Source of the DNA: Nitrospirota bacterium | GTDB lineage: Bacteria > Nitrospinota_A > UBA7883 | Assembly: GCA_024275315.1 (NCBI GenBank) | Contig: JAJRZK010000058.1 | Span: forward strand, 136,448-200,447 | Direction of reading: 5' to 3' | DNA length: 64,000 nucleotides | Shown here: in pieces, positions 20,029 through 30,405 of the stretch | Layout: each line of letters starts with the position of its first letter | Numbering within the stretch: position 1 is the stretch's first letter | The notes under the pieces: generated by a model | Told to the model about the DNA's origin: nothing | Database searches by the model: none | What the model saw: only the letters and a program-made list of their open reading frames with translations | Made by a program: the position numbers and the translations under genes

Positions 20029-20217
20029 GTTTCCTGTCCATCCAGGCGGTTGTTAATGGTGACTATCACCTGTTCCTGCTTTAAACATATACATTTAGCT
20101 GCTGGCACGATTTTATCACACGCGCGCAAACGGGATTCGCAATTTTTGGCTTCATCTGAATCATAATTGCCCGTACAATAACACAAACCTGTTATCATCA
20201 GGACACGCTTGAACCAA

Positions 20218-20238
20218 CCGGGGCAGCCCGGGTTTTTT
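20218..20238 (+). terminator. Small intrinsic-terminator-like hairpin (CCGGG-GCAG-CCCGG followed by TTTTTT) in the 5' leader of the MBL-hydrolase gene
   Basis: Read directly from the sequence. An all-GC 5-bp stem, a tetraloop and a U6 tract lie 5-10 nt before the GGAG RBS and the GTG/ATG start. Confidence 0.3.
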
Positions 20239-20242
20239 CGGA

Positions 20243-20890
20243 GTGCTAATGCCTTGTGAAGTAGTTTCACTTACTGTCGGTCCATTGGATGTAAACAGTT
20301 ATCTGGTAGGCTGCGAGGATCATAAAACCTGTGCCGTTGTCGATCCCGGAGACTCTTCCAAACGGATCATGGGAGCCGTTGACGAACGGGGCTGGAAAGT
20401 GTCGATAATCCTCAACACCCACGCCCACGCGGATCATACCGGCGCCAACGGAAAATTAAAACAAATCACCGGCGCGCCTCTCGGCATCCACGAGGACGAC
20501 GCAAAAATGCTCACCGATCCCGCGATGAAGGACATGGCCGGATACCTGGGGCTTGGCGCCTCGCCGGAAGCGGACATCCTGTACAAAGAAGGGAACGCGA
20601 TAGATATATGCCCGTGCCAAAAGTTGTACGTGACCAGCACACCGGGGCACAGCCCGGGTGGAGCCTGTTTTGTTCATGATGATTTCGTAATCACAGGCGA
20701 CACGCTTTTTAACATGTCGATCGGACGATCAGACCTTCAGGGTGGTGATCTTAACACCTTGCTGAACTCTATCAGGGAAAAGCTTTTCAACCTGCCCGAT
20801 GGCATAACAGTTTACCCGGGGCATGGGGAGCCGTCCACTATCGGCTACGAAAAGGCGCACAACCCTTTCGTTATGGGAGCTTTCAAATAG
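20243..20890 (+). CDS. MBL-fold metallo-hydrolase (hydroxyacylglutathione hydrolase-like)
   Basis: HAHADHTG metal-binding motif in a 215 aa GloB-like protein. Confidence 0.8.
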   Translation: MLMPCEVVSLTVGPLDVNSYLVGCEDHKTCAVVDPGDSSKRIMGAVDERGWKVSIILNTHAHADHTGANGKLKQITGAPLGIHEDDAKMLTDPAMKDMAGYLGLGASPEADILYKEGNAIDICPCQKLYVTSTPGHSPGGACFVHDDFVITGDTLFNMSIGRSDLQGGDLNTLLNSIREKLFNLPDGITVYPGHGEPSTIGYEKAHNPFVMGAFK

Positions 20891-20901
20891 CGGGATCAGG
20901 C

Positions 20902-21720
20902 ATGTATACAAATCATCTGTCGTTTGGCTCCACCAGGGCTGTTACAGCTCTTGTGATCGCCGTAACCATGGTCTTCGTCTTTTCCGGTTGCAGCAAGGAT
21001 GAATTAAACGGCTCCGGCGGGGGCGGTGGATCTCTTGACGTGAACCTGTGGATAGTGGCCATACCGGACTATGGGGGAACCGGCGACGCCAACCTTGCCG
21101 TGATGGTCAATGAGTTCATACGCCTTATGAATGGCGCAGGCATTTCAATAGGAAATTTGAGCTATATAACCCTCTCGGGCTCGGACGCCAGCCGCCTTAC
21201 CTATATCAACCTGGACAGGGATTCGAATTTCGATGGAATCCCCGACGATATGGAGGAGTTGTTCAGGATGTCGTCCCAGGCTGGCAACGATTACCTCAAC
21301 CTGTTTTTTGTGATGGACCTGGGAGATTTCGGCGTTTTGGGAATCGCCGGCGCGATTCCCGGCCCGGTGGCAAGCGGAACGTCGAGGTCCGGCGTGGTAA
21401 TAAACACGTTCGGCGGTTTTTCAAGGATGTCTTCCGCCGACCTGGTCATGCAAGGCAATACCATGGCTCATGAGGTGGGCCACTACCTCGGTCTTTATCA
21501 CACCACCGAAGATAATGGCGTGATCTTCGATCCAATCACAGACACTCCCGAATGTAACAGGATGTTTTTCGACATCAACGGTGACGGAATAATGTCGGCC
21601 TTTGAATGCCAAAGCCAGGACGGCCCCAATCTCATGTTCTGGGCGGCGGCCAATTATCCGCAGGAAACCGTCAGCTCGATGCAAATATCCGTGATGTCTA
21701 CGCACGGCCTCTTCAATTAG
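20902..21720 (+). CDS. Lipoprotein zinc metalloprotease (M43/pappalysin-like)
   Basis: A lipobox (VFVFSGC) and MAHEVGHYLGLYHT (HExxHxxGxxH). Confidence 0.65.
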   Translation: MYTNHLSFGSTRAVTALVIAVTMVFVFSGCSKDELNGSGGGGGSLDVNLWIVAIPDYGGTGDANLAVMVNEFIRLMNGAGISIGNLSYITLSGSDASRLTYINLDRDSNFDGIPDDMEELFRMSSQAGNDYLNLFFVMDLGDFGVLGIAGAIPGPVASGTSRSGVVINTFGGFSRMSSADLVMQGNTMAHEVGHYLGLYHTTEDNGVIFDPITDTPECNRMFFDINGDGIMSAFECQSQDGPNLMFWAAANYPQETVSSMQISVMSTHGLFN

Positions 21721-21753
21721 GTCAAACGATGCTCACAGCGTCCCATTATTTTC

Positions 21754-22050
21754 ATGGAGGGGGGCATCATAAAGGGATCTTCGGTCCATAAGCTGTCCGT
21801 ACTCATGGAGTTGGAAAACGCCGCCTTGCGCCTCGGCGTGGAGGTGCGGTATGACGACCTTTACGACGACGAAGCTTCCATAAGCTCCGGCCTCTGCTAT
21901 GTACATCATGAACCCGTGCTTATCATCGATAAAAAACTGGACACCGACAGCAAATGCCGGATACTGGCCCGGGAGCTGAAATCGATGGATATCAACTCGA
22001 TATACTTAAAGCCTGTTGTGCGGGATTTTATCGAATCCGTGGATTCATGA
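21754..22050 (+). CDS. Hypothetical small protein translationally coupled to lpxK
   Basis: 98 aa ORF whose stop overlaps the lpxK start in an ATGA configuration. No recognisable motif. Confidence 0.35.
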   Translation: MEGGIIKGSSVHKLSVLMELENAALRLGVEVRYDDLYDDEASISSGLCYVHHEPVLIIDKKLDTDSKCRILARELKSMDINSIYLKPVVRDFIESVDS

Positions 22051-23147
22051 ACGGCGTCATTCGATCGACACGCAAAAGGGTTGAAAACATCGTCACGGGC
22101 AAGCGAAAACCCGGAGCCCTGCTTTTGCCCCTGGTTTTGGGAGAATGGCTGTATGGCGTCGGCGTCGGGACCAGAAACCTGTTGTATGACATGGGCGCTT
22201 TTAAATCCGCCAAGGCGCCGTGCAAGGTTGTCAGCGTCGGCAACCTCTGCGTTGGCGGATCGGGCAAAACCCCCTTTGTGGAACTGGTGGTTCGCAAACT
22301 GGCCCCCCATAACCCGGGGATACTCTCGCGAGGATATGGCGGCGCGCCCGGATCGAAAATCCACGTCGTGTCTGATGGCCAGTCGTTCGCTCTCCCCCCT
22401 CCCGTTTCCGCCGACGAGCCTTACATGCTCGCCCGAAAACTGCCGGGTGTCCCCGTCGTGTGTTCCCCCGACCGGATCGAAGGGGCGAAAGCGCTGGCGG
22501 GACGGTTCGGGACAGGCGTAATTGTCCTGGACGACGGGTTCCAGCACCGGGCCATAGAGCGTGATCTGAATATACTTCTTGTAAACTCCGGCGCAAAACC
22601 GGATATGGACAGGCTGTTGCCAATGGGGTCCCTGCGCGAGCCGTACAGCCAAATCCGCCGGGCGGATATTATCGTGATTACCGGCGGTAAACCACACGCC
22701 GAAGAACCGGAAAACGGCTTGATAGGCGATATCCGCAAGCGCGCGAAACAGGCTACGCCGATCATTATCATGGAGGGAAAAATCGTGGGGTTTAACAATG
22801 TGCGGGGAGAGCCATGCCCGGAGCCTATCAGTCCTGTATATTGTTTTTGCGGGATAGCCAGGCCGAAGCGATTCATAGAGTCCCTGGAAAAAGCGGGATA
22901 TATAATCGCCGGGCACAGGTTTTTCGGCGATCATCATGTATTTACCCGGTCCGAGCTTGAAAGGATTTATAGTGATGCAAGGTCGGCAGGAGCGAAAAGC
23001 GTCGTCACCACGGAAAAAGACGCGGTCCGCATGACATGGGCCGAGGACAACCCGGAATATCCTGTGGCGTGTCCCGTGTGGAAATCGACAATCACGAAAG
23101 GTGAAGAAGAGCTGGACAAGGCGATTGAAAGGTTGATCAGACCCTGA
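22047..23147 (+). CDS. lpxK: Tetraacyldisaccharide 4'-kinase
   Basis: P-loop VVSVGNLCVGGSGKTPFV, from an MNGVIRST start. Confidence 0.85.
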   Translation: MNGVIRSTRKRVENIVTGKRKPGALLLPLVLGEWLYGVGVGTRNLLYDMGAFKSAKAPCKVVSVGNLCVGGSGKTPFVELVVRKLAPHNPGILSRGYGGAPGSKIHVVSDGQSFALPPPVSADEPYMLARKLPGVPVVCSPDRIEGAKALAGRFGTGVIVLDDGFQHRAIERDLNILLVNSGAKPDMDRLLPMGSLREPYSQIRRADIIVITGGKPHAEEPENGLIGDIRKRAKQATPIIIMEGKIVGFNNVRGEPCPEPISPVYCFCGIARPKRFIESLEKAGYIIAGHRFFGDHHVFTRSELERIYSDARSAGAKSVVTTEKDAVRMTWAEDNPEYPVACPVWKSTITKGEEELDKAIERLIRP

Positions 23148-23646
23148 CGGCCAGCGGTTCGGGAGGTGTTACGCGCTTTTCTGAAAGACACAACCGCATC
23201 TCCCACGCGTCGTCTGTCTTATAATAGTTTTTGAGGAGCCGTTTGCGGGCAAATCCCCTTTTTTCATAAAAACCTCTGGCGTAGCGGTTGTCAACGGCTA
23301 CCTGCAGGACTATCGCTTCGAACCCGTGGTAAACGGCAAACCGGTCCACTGTGTCCATCAACATCGTCCCCACACCCATCCCCTGACGCTCCCGCTCCAC
23401 GTCGATAGTGACAATTGCTCCAACCCTCGCGGCCACCGGCCTGAATATGACAAAACCTGCAAAAGCGTTCATGGTCTCAGCTATAAAAACGGTCGAATCG
23501 GGATCGAACAGGTGGAAATAAAAAGTGTACATGTCAAAACGAACTTCCGGAGGGAAAAGGCGCTGGTCAAGATGGTACATCGCGTCCAAATCAGAATAAT
23601 TGGCCTTTCGAATGGAAAGATTGAGCGCGACAAAACCTGTAGTCAC
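23137..23646 (-). CDS. GNAT-family N-acetyltransferase (RimI-like)
   Basis: Acetyl-CoA binding motif RQGMGVGTMLM...ARGFYEKRGF. Confidence 0.7.
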   Translation of the reverse strand: MTTGFVALNLSIRKANYSDLDAMYHLDQRLFPPEVRFDMYTFYFHLFDPDSTVFIAETMNAFAGFVIFRPVAARVGAIVTIDVERERQGMGVGTMLMDTVDRFAVYHGFEAIVLQVAVDNRYARGFYEKRGFARKRLLKNYYKTDDAWEMRLCLSEKRVTPPEPLAVRV

Positions 23647-23774
23647 TGATCTTGTTCCCTATTTTCCCAACAAGGAGTTAGTGGTTGTTCCCCATGGATA
23701 TATTATGATCGAATCGAAAAAACGTCAAATTTTTAGGGCGCTAAAAGCCACCCCGACACAAGAGCCGGGCGCTA

Positions 23775-24866
23775 TCACACGTTGAACCTGAACAAAGCCA
23801 CGTCGCCATCTTTGAACTCGTAATCCTTTCCCTCGATCCGCAAAAGACCCTTTTCCTTGACCGCCAGCTCAGAGCCCAGCCTGTCCAGATCGTTATATGA
23901 CATCACCTCGGCCTTGATAAATCCCCGCTCGAAATCGCTGTGTATTTTCCCCGCGGCCTCGGGAGCCTTTGCGCCTCTGGTGACGGTCCACGCCCTCGTC
24001 TCCTTGGGGCCGGAGGTAAAAAAGGTGATCAGGTTGAGTTGTGCGTACCCTTCGCGGATAAAATGATCCAGCCCCGATTCGGCCAGGCCAAGGTCGTCGA
24101 GGAACGCCTTTTTGTCCTCACCGCCCAGTTCGGCGATTTCCGATTCGATCTTGCCGCATATCTCCACCACCGGCGCGTGGTCGGACCGGGCGATTTCCTT
24201 TACCGCCAGGGTGGCGTCGTTATCCTTGCCGATGTCGTCCTCTTTTTTGTTCAGGATATAGAGCAGAGGCTTGGCGGTGATCAGGAACAGGTCGCGGAAC
24301 AGGTTCGTATCCTCCGGCTCTATCGCAAGACGCGCTTTTACGCCGGAGCTTAACGCGTCGCGCAGTTTTTCATATTTGGGCATGGCCGCAAGGAGCTTTT
24401 TGTCTCCGGATTTGCGCCCCTTTTCCATAGCCGCGATCCTGCGCTCCACCGTCTCCAAATCGGCCAACAAAAGCTCCGTCCGGATAGTGTCGATATCGCT
24501 GACCGGGTCCACCTTGCCGGTGACATGGACGATGTTGTCGTCATCGAAACAGCGGATGACATGCGCCACCGCGTCGAGCTCCCGGATATGCCCCAGGAAC
24601 TTGTTGCCAAGCCCCTCCCCCTTGCTGGCGCCAGCCACCAGCCCGGCGATATCCACCACCTCAAGCGTGGTGGGGATAATTTTTTCCGATTGGGAAATTT
24701 CCGCCAGCCGGTCCAGCCTGGGATCGGGTACAGGGACCACCCCCACGTTCGGCTCTATGGTGCAAAAAGGGAAATTTTCCGAAGCCGCCCCGGCCGCCGT
24801 GAGAGCGTTGAATATGGTCGACTTGCCCACGTTGGGCAGGCCTACTATGCCGCAGTTAAAACCCAT
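23775..24866 (-). CDS. ychF: Ribosome-binding ATPase YchF
   Basis: MGFNCGIVGLPNVGKSTIFNALT... and a C-terminal TGS domain (GKDYEFKDGDVALFRFNV). Collinear with E. coli YchF. Confidence 0.9.
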   Translation of the reverse strand: MGFNCGIVGLPNVGKSTIFNALTAAGAASENFPFCTIEPNVGVVPVPDPRLDRLAEISQSEKIIPTTLEVVDIAGLVAGASKGEGLGNKFLGHIRELDAVAHVIRCFDDDNIVHVTGKVDPVSDIDTIRTELLLADLETVERRIAAMEKGRKSGDKKLLAAMPKYEKLRDALSSGVKARLAIEPEDTNLFRDLFLITAKPLLYILNKKEDDIGKDNDATLAVKEIARSDHAPVVEICGKIESEIAELGGEDKKAFLDDLGLAESGLDHFIREGYAQLNLITFFTSGPKETRAWTVTRGAKAPEAAGKIHSDFERGFIKAEVMSYNDLDRLGSELAVKEKGLLRIEGKDYEFKDGDVALFRFNV

Positions 24867-25002
24867 CGGTCACCTTAATCTCCAGACAAACCCTCGATCA
24901 GCCATTGGTCAACAAAAAATTTAACCAGGTTCACAGGATTGGTATCATAAGGGCTGATGGTAAAAGCGGCAAGGTTATTGTGCCGATACGGGAAATTATA
25001 AA

Positions 25003-25917
25003 ATGAATGTCATGATACTCGCCGCAGGCTTCGGCACGCGTCTTTTGCCGCACACCGAACGTATACCCAAACCGCTGTTCCCCATACTCGAAAAGTCTCT
25101 GCTGGAGCTTGCCATTGACACGGCCAAAGAGGCCGGTCCGGCCAGGATAGTGATTAATGTCCATCATCTCGCCGGTCAGATCATGGAATTTATCGGAAGC
25201 CGTGATTTCGGTGTGGATATAGCCGTTTCCCGCGAGAAGGAGATCATGGGCACGGCGGGATGTTTCGCGGCCGCGCGGCGCCTGCTTGGAGGGGATGATT
25301 TCGCGGTTATAAACTCCGATGTGGTAGTGGAGGTGGATTGGCCCGGCTTGGTCCGGTTCCACAGGAGGTCGAAGGCTATGGCCACGCTTATGTTGCAAGG
25401 CAACCCCGACCCGGGGCGATACGGCGCTTTGTGCGTGAATAGCGCTGGCAGAATCGTCAAGTTCATTAACGCCACATCCGCAGACCATACCGGCTCTGAA
25501 AAATCGATGATGTTCACGGGCGTGTCTGTTTTGTCACCGGCTTTGCTTGACCGCATACCAGAGGGCCGGACAGTGGAAATATCCGGAGAAATATACACAC
25601 CGATGGTAAGAAACAGCGAGGCTTTATATGGATATGTGTCATATGGTAAATGGGAAGACGCGGGAGACGCCGATAGCTATCATCGATGTGTAATGGATAG
25701 AATCGGTGGCGCAACACAGTCTGCGCCGGCAAACGTAACCGTTCATCCGCCGGTATACATCCATCCTGGAGCCACAATAGGCTATGGGGCCGTTATAGGG
25801 CCATATGCGGCGATAAGTGACGGCGCCAGGGTGGGCAGTGCGGTGATAAGTAACTGCGTCGTCCTGCCAGGTTCGGTCGTGGATGACGGAGCCGTTATCG
25901 AAAGCGGAATCGTCTAG
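25003..25917 (+). CDS. Sugar-phosphate nucleotidyltransferase with a C-terminal left-handed beta-helix (MurU/GlmU-like)
   Basis: ILAAGFGTRLLP nucleotidyltransferase motif and C-terminal hexapeptide repeats. Confidence 0.65.
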   Translation: MNVMILAAGFGTRLLPHTERIPKPLFPILEKSLLELAIDTAKEAGPARIVINVHHLAGQIMEFIGSRDFGVDIAVSREKEIMGTAGCFAAARRLLGGDDFAVINSDVVVEVDWPGLVRFHRRSKAMATLMLQGNPDPGRYGALCVNSAGRIVKFINATSADHTGSEKSMMFTGVSVLSPALLDRIPEGRTVEISGEIYTPMVRNSEALYGYVSYGKWEDAGDADSYHRCVMDRIGGATQSAPANVTVHPPVYIHPGATIGYGAVIGPYAAISDGARVGSAVISNCVVLPGSVVDDGAVIESGIV

Positions 25918-25932
25918 CTGGCCGCTCCCGGC

Positions 25933-26694
25933 TCAAACGACAAGACGTCTGCCTATCAGCCGCACGGCGGCGAGATAGAGGACGAATCCCATGGTTGTCA
26001 GAAAAGCTGCAGCGATCACAAGCTGTCCCGTAATGGCGCCATGGAAAAAATATCTTACCAGCGTCACGGAATGGGTGGTGGGCAACGCTAAGGAGAACCA
26101 CTGGAATATTTCAGGAAATCCGGCCAAAGGGAAAAACACCCCCGAAAGAAAAAACATCGGAGCGACGCACAGCGTGAAATAATAATTGAAAAACTCGTAG
26201 CTCGGCGACAGGGCCGAACAGCACAACGCAGCTGCGGCGAAAACAAACCCCGTCGCGGCGACAGTGAGCATGATGGAGACCACGCCGAAAGAGGGTGTGT
26301 ACAATCCTACCACGGTCATGACCACGATCATCACCGTTCCGGAGATGATCGACTTTGTCATGCCCCAAAGAATCTCACCCAACGCCAGGTCTTCCAGCGA
26401 CACGGGCGTGGCCAGGATGGAGTCGAACGTGCGCTGTTGCGTAAGGCGCGTGAACGAGCCGAACGTGCATTCGAACGTTGCCGAGTACATCGCGCTGGTT
26501 ACGATCAACCCGGGGGCTATATATTCTATGTACCGCAACCCCTCGATTTCGGTTATGTATCCCCCGATCCCCAGCCCCATGGCGAAAAGGTATAAAAGAG
26601 GCTCGCCGATGTTGCCGACAAGGCTGGCCCTGTAATAGGTTTTATACACTGTGAAATTTCGTAGCCAGACCCGGAAAGCTCTGCGGGATATCAT
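25933..26694 (-). CDS. ABC-2 type transporter permease
   Basis: Six TM helices in the ABC-2 family pattern. Co-oriented and overlapping with the upstream ATPase gene. Confidence 0.75.
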   Translation of the reverse strand: MISRRAFRVWLRNFTVYKTYYRASLVGNIGEPLLYLFAMGLGIGGYITEIEGLRYIEYIAPGLIVTSAMYSATFECTFGSFTRLTQQRTFDSILATPVSLEDLALGEILWGMTKSIISGTVMIVVMTVVGLYTPSFGVVSIMLTVAATGFVFAAAALCCSALSPSYEFFNYYFTLCVAPMFFLSGVFFPLAGFPEIFQWFSLALPTTHSVTLVRYFFHGAITGQLVIAAAFLTTMGFVLYLAAVRLIGRRLVV

Positions 26695-27635
26695 GACCCG
26701 TCCCGCAACTTGTGACCTGTGGTCCTCAGGAACAGGTCTTCGAGAGTCGTTTTCCGTTTTATCATATAGCCGCTGTTATAACCGGCCAGGCTCGCGACAA
26801 CCGACTCTGGTCGCTCGGTGAATATCAGCAGGGTATCGCCGGTTCGCTCCACCCGGGCGCCCATATTTTCCATTGTCGACGTTAAATCATCCATATTCTC
26901 CGCTCTCGGCCGAATCTCTATCACGTCCTCCTCCATCCCTTCGCGCACCAGGCGCCCCGGCTCCCCCTCCAGGATTATGGTTCCGTTATCCATTATGGCC
27001 ACCCTGTCGCACAGCCGCGCCGCCTCTTCCATATAGTGGGTTGTCAGGATCATGGTGGTCCCTCCGGCTTTCAGATTTTGAAGCTTGCGCCAGATGACAT
27101 GCCTGGCCTGCGGATCGAGCCCGGTGGTCGGTTCGTCCAGAATCAGCAGATCCGGGTTGTTTATAAGAGCCCGCGCGATGGTGAGCCTGCGTTTCATCCC
27201 CCCGGAAAGGGAACGGATACGGGAGTTGGGCCTGTCGTCGAGATGGACAAATTTTAGAAGCGATAGCCCTTTTTCTCTGGCTATATCGGAGGGAATATCG
27301 AAATAGCCCGCGTAGATTACCAGGTTGTCGATCACCGTCAGGTCGTCATCGAGATTATCCTCCTGAGGCACGACCCCCAAAGCGGCCTTTATCGCCTGGT
27401 TTTCCAGGCCGACGATTTTACCATTGACCGTAAGTGTCCCTCCGGATGGCGGGGAGACGCACTGGATCATCTTGATGGTGGTGGTTTTTCCCGCCCCGTT
27501 CGGGCCTAAAAGCCCAAAACACTCCCCGGAAGCCACATGCAGATCGATCTGATCAACAGCGGTAATCCGACCATATCTTTTTGTCAGTCTTCGGGCTTCG
27601 ACCATGGCCGAATACCCCGTTTGACCTGTGTTCAA
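26691..27635 (-). CDS. ABC transporter ATP-binding protein
   Basis: Walker A GPNGAGKTTT, signature LSGGMKRR and Walker B ILDEP. Confidence 0.85.
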   Translation of the reverse strand: MNTGQTGYSAMVEARRLTKRYGRITAVDQIDLHVASGECFGLLGPNGAGKTTTIKMIQCVSPPSGGTLTVNGKIVGLENQAIKAALGVVPQEDNLDDDLTVIDNLVIYAGYFDIPSDIAREKGLSLLKFVHLDDRPNSRIRSLSGGMKRRLTIARALINNPDLLILDEPTTGLDPQARHVIWRKLQNLKAGGTTMILTTHYMEEAARLCDRVAIMDNGTIILEGEPGRLVREGMEEDVIEIRPRAENMDDLTSTMENMGARVERTGDTLLIFTERPESVVASLAGYNSGYMIKRKTTLEDLFLRTTGHKLRDGS

Positions 27636-27656
27636 CGTGGTATTGTCTCTTGCAAG

Positions 27657-28304
27657 CTATGTCTTGGGGACTTTTTCCCAGTCGGCCAGAAACCTCTGGA
27701 TACCGATATCGGTCAACGGATGTTCAGCGAGCCTTTTAATCACCCCCAGGGGGATGGTGGCCACATCGGCCCCCATACGAGCGGTTTCGACCACATGCAT
27801 CGGGTGCCGGATGGAGGCGACTATAACCTCCGCCTGGTAGGCGTAGTTTCCAAATATTTCCATTATTTGGGCTATCAGAGCCATCCCGTCCTGAGAAATA
27901 TCGTCGAGCCTGCCGACGAACGGCGAAATGTACGAAGCGCCCGCCTTTGCCGCGAGGATAGCCTGGGTGGGGGAAAGGACCAGGGTCTGGTTCGTGTTGA
28001 TCCCTTCGGCCGAAAGTGTTTTTACAGCTTTCAGGCCCTCGGTGGTCATGGGTATTTTTACGACGATGTTCGCGTGAATCCTGGCAAGGTCCCGCGCTTC
28101 TGTGACCATCCCCTCCGAATCAAGGGCTATTACTTCGGCGCTGATGGGACCATCGACCTCGGCGACTATTTCGTTGATTACGGTTCTGAAATCCTTGCCG
28201 GTCCTGGCCACAAGGGACGGGTTTGTTGTCACACCGTCGATAACACCTAACGCGTTAGCTTCCCGGATTTCGTCTATATCGGCTGAATCGATAAAAATTT
28301 TCAT
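27657..28304 (-). CDS. fsa: Fructose-6-phosphate aldolase / small transaldolase (MipB/TalC family)
   Basis: [16 protein letters not shown]...GVTTNPSL and the Schiff-base Lys region. It is 215 aa and collinear with E. coli FsaA. Confidence 0.85.
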   Translation of the reverse strand: MKIFIDSADIDEIREANALGVIDGVTTNPSLVARTGKDFRTVINEIVAEVDGPISAEVIALDSEGMVTEARDLARIHANIVVKIPMTTEGLKAVKTLSAEGINTNQTLVLSPTQAILAAKAGASYISPFVGRLDDISQDGMALIAQIMEIFGNYAYQAEVIVASIRHPMHVVETARMGADVATIPLGVIKRLAEHPLTDIGIQRFLADWEKVPKT

Positions 28305-28594
28305 TATGACGCTCTCTTAGTGTAAACCATCCACGGGACATCTTGTGGGAAACGTTCTTGTATCACAACATTATATGGATAAGCAAACTTGGACTCAACT
28401 TAAAGAACCGGTCATTGTCATTGACATGAGCTTTGGTCTGGATAGAGCGGCGTTCAACACATTTGAGATGTTTTGGCGGTCATGTGATAATACCGCTAAT
28501 TTTCGTTGGAAGCTGTGGTAATATGCCGTGCCATAAGCTTGGATCTGTCGACGTGACGCACCGGCATGAATGATATCTATGTTACGGAGATGAC

Positions 28595-29035
28595 ATGAGA
28601 CACAGACTTTTTATCCCGCTGTTTGTATTAATCACGTTTTTCGCATCCGACGCCGGAGCCCGAAACACCGAGCGGCTTATAGACGTCAAAGCCGCCGTTG
28701 AAAGCGCAATAGGCAAGGCGAAGTTGCTCGATGTCCCTTTCTATATGAAAGGGCAAAAACATCCGAAGGTGAAAACCAAGCTCGGGAATTATATGTCAAC
28801 GCGCAAAAGCCGTGGAGCCTTTCGTTCTGATCTGGAGTCGTGCAAAATTACATTTCTTTCCGCCCTGATATCACTCCAGCAAAGGGTCAAGAAGGAAGGC
28901 GGAGACGGGATAATCAATATCATATCGGTGACAAGAGACCAGGAGTTTGAAAGCGCAACTCAGTTTCGCTGTATCGCGGGGGCTATTATAGTGCATGTGG
29001 CTTTGAGAGGTGATGTTGTCATATTCAGCAAGTAA
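28595..29035 (+). CDS. Hypothetical secreted protein
   Basis: Signal peptide (FIPLFVLITFFASDAGA) followed by a roughly 120 aa domain. No catalytic motif. Confidence 0.45.
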   Translation: MRHRLFIPLFVLITFFASDAGARNTERLIDVKAAVESAIGKAKLLDVPFYMKGQKHPKVKTKLGNYMSTRKSRGAFRSDLESCKITFLSALISLQQRVKKEGGDGIINIISVTRDQEFESATQFRCIAGAIIVHVALRGDVVIFSK

Positions 29036-29070
29036 CCAGGCTATAACCTGAAAAACGTGGGGGAGTTATC

Positions 29071-30303
29071 ATGGAGCATGTGGATGTGGCGGTTATCGGC
29101 GCCGGCCCAGCCGGGGCAGTGGCCGCCGGTTGTCTGGCCGGCAAAGGAAAAAAAGTCGTCGTTATCGAGAAGGAGCGCTTTCCCAGGTTTATAATCGGCG
29201 AATCCCTCCTGCCAAGAACGAACGATCTGCTCGATAAGTGCGGCTTTCACAAGGCTGTGGAACAGGCGGGCTTCATGACCAAGGGTGGGGCGGTTTTCAT
29301 TAAGGGAGATAAGCGCGAGCGGTTTAATTTCGATGAAAGATTTGGCGATGGCTGGGATTTTGCCTACAACGTTCCACGAGCTGATTTCGATATGATACTT
29401 GCGCAAGAGGCGGAAAAAATGGGGGCCGACATCCGATACCGGGTTAAAGTCGATAACGTGGAGTTCCATGACGATTCGGCGACGTTGAGCTGTTCCGACC
29501 TTGAAGCGAACAGCCAATACAGTGTTTCGGCTAAGTTCGTGATGGATTGCAGCGGATACGGAAGGGTGTTGCCTAAACTGCTTGACCTGGACATGCCGTC
29601 CGATCTGGAATATCGGGAATCGCTTTTCACTCATGTCAAGGGAGACCTCCGCCCTGAGGGCAGGGAGGAAGGGTATATCTGGATTGTCGATCTGCCCCAG
29701 GGGGGCTGGATTTGGGTGATACCTTTCTCCAACGGCGCCACATCGGTCGGCGTGGTTGCAAAGCCATCCGTGATAAAACAAGCCGGAGAGTCTGACGATG
29801 AAGCGTTAAAAACGCTTCTTCTGCAGGAGTCCTCGCTTAAAGAGAGGCTCGGAAATATGGAATTTGTCATGCCCGCGATCAGGATCGACGGCTATTCCAT
29901 AGGTATCAAGAAGCTTTTCGGCCATCGATGGATTCTCACCGGTAACGCCATGGAGTTTCTGGACCCGGTGTTTTCGTCTGGCGTAACATTGTCCATGGAG
30001 TCCGCCTACAAGGCCCAGGATGTGGTGGCCAGGTTTCTGGATGGAGAGCAGGTGGATTTTCAAAAAGAGTATTCCGATTATGTGATGCGCGGTGTTGATT
30101 GTTTCAGGGTATACATCAACGCGTGGTATGAAAACAAGCTGGGTTGGCTGTTTTACTCCAAGAGAAAACCACAATCCATAAAAGAGAGGATCTGTTCCGT
30201 GTTGGCCGGGTACGCCTGGGACGAAAATAACGCGTACGCCATCGACGCCGCCAGCTCCCTGGAAGCCGCCATCAGCACCATCCCTCCTGAGTACAGGAAT
30301 TGA
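29071..30303 (+). CDS. Flavin-dependent halogenase-like FAD oxidoreductase (tryptophan-halogenase superfamily)
   Basis: GAGPAGAVAAGCLA dinucleotide fold, IIGESLLP, the GGWIWVIPF (WxWxIP) halogenase hallmark, and FLDPVFSSG. Confidence 0.75.
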   Translation: MEHVDVAVIGAGPAGAVAAGCLAGKGKKVVVIEKERFPRFIIGESLLPRTNDLLDKCGFHKAVEQAGFMTKGGAVFIKGDKRERFNFDERFGDGWDFAYNVPRADFDMILAQEAEKMGADIRYRVKVDNVEFHDDSATLSCSDLEANSQYSVSAKFVMDCSGYGRVLPKLLDLDMPSDLEYRESLFTHVKGDLRPEGREEGYIWIVDLPQGGWIWVIPFSNGATSVGVVAKPSVIKQAGESDDEALKTLLLQESSLKERLGNMEFVMPAIRIDGYSIGIKKLFGHRWILTGNAMEFLDPVFSSGVTLSMESAYKAQDVVARFLDGEQVDFQKEYSDYVMRGVDCFRVYINAWYENKLGWLFYSKRKPQSIKERICSVLAGYAWDENNAYAIDAASSLEAAISTIPPEYRN

Positions 30304-30405
30304 ACGCTTCCCGGTCCCGGGCGTTGCGCCTGGGTCGATGAGGGCGGGGCGGTTTGTGGTATAGTTAGAACTAACCGATTTTTTAGGGCTTGAATACTTG
30401 GCGAA

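Noticed and set aside
20025-20270. 81-aa Cys-rich minus-strand ORF spanning the divergent promoter region
   Set aside because: It overlaps the start codons of both flanking genes and has no RBS context, so I treat it as an AT-rich leader read as an ORF. The region is reported instead as a candidate regulatory RNA element.
29071-30303. Alternative call of the FAD protein as a geranylgeranyl reductase or UbiH-type hydroxylase
   Set aside because: The presence of GGWIWVIPF (WxWxIP) and FLDPVFSSG favours the flavin-dependent halogenase superfamily. The call remains unverified without a profile search.
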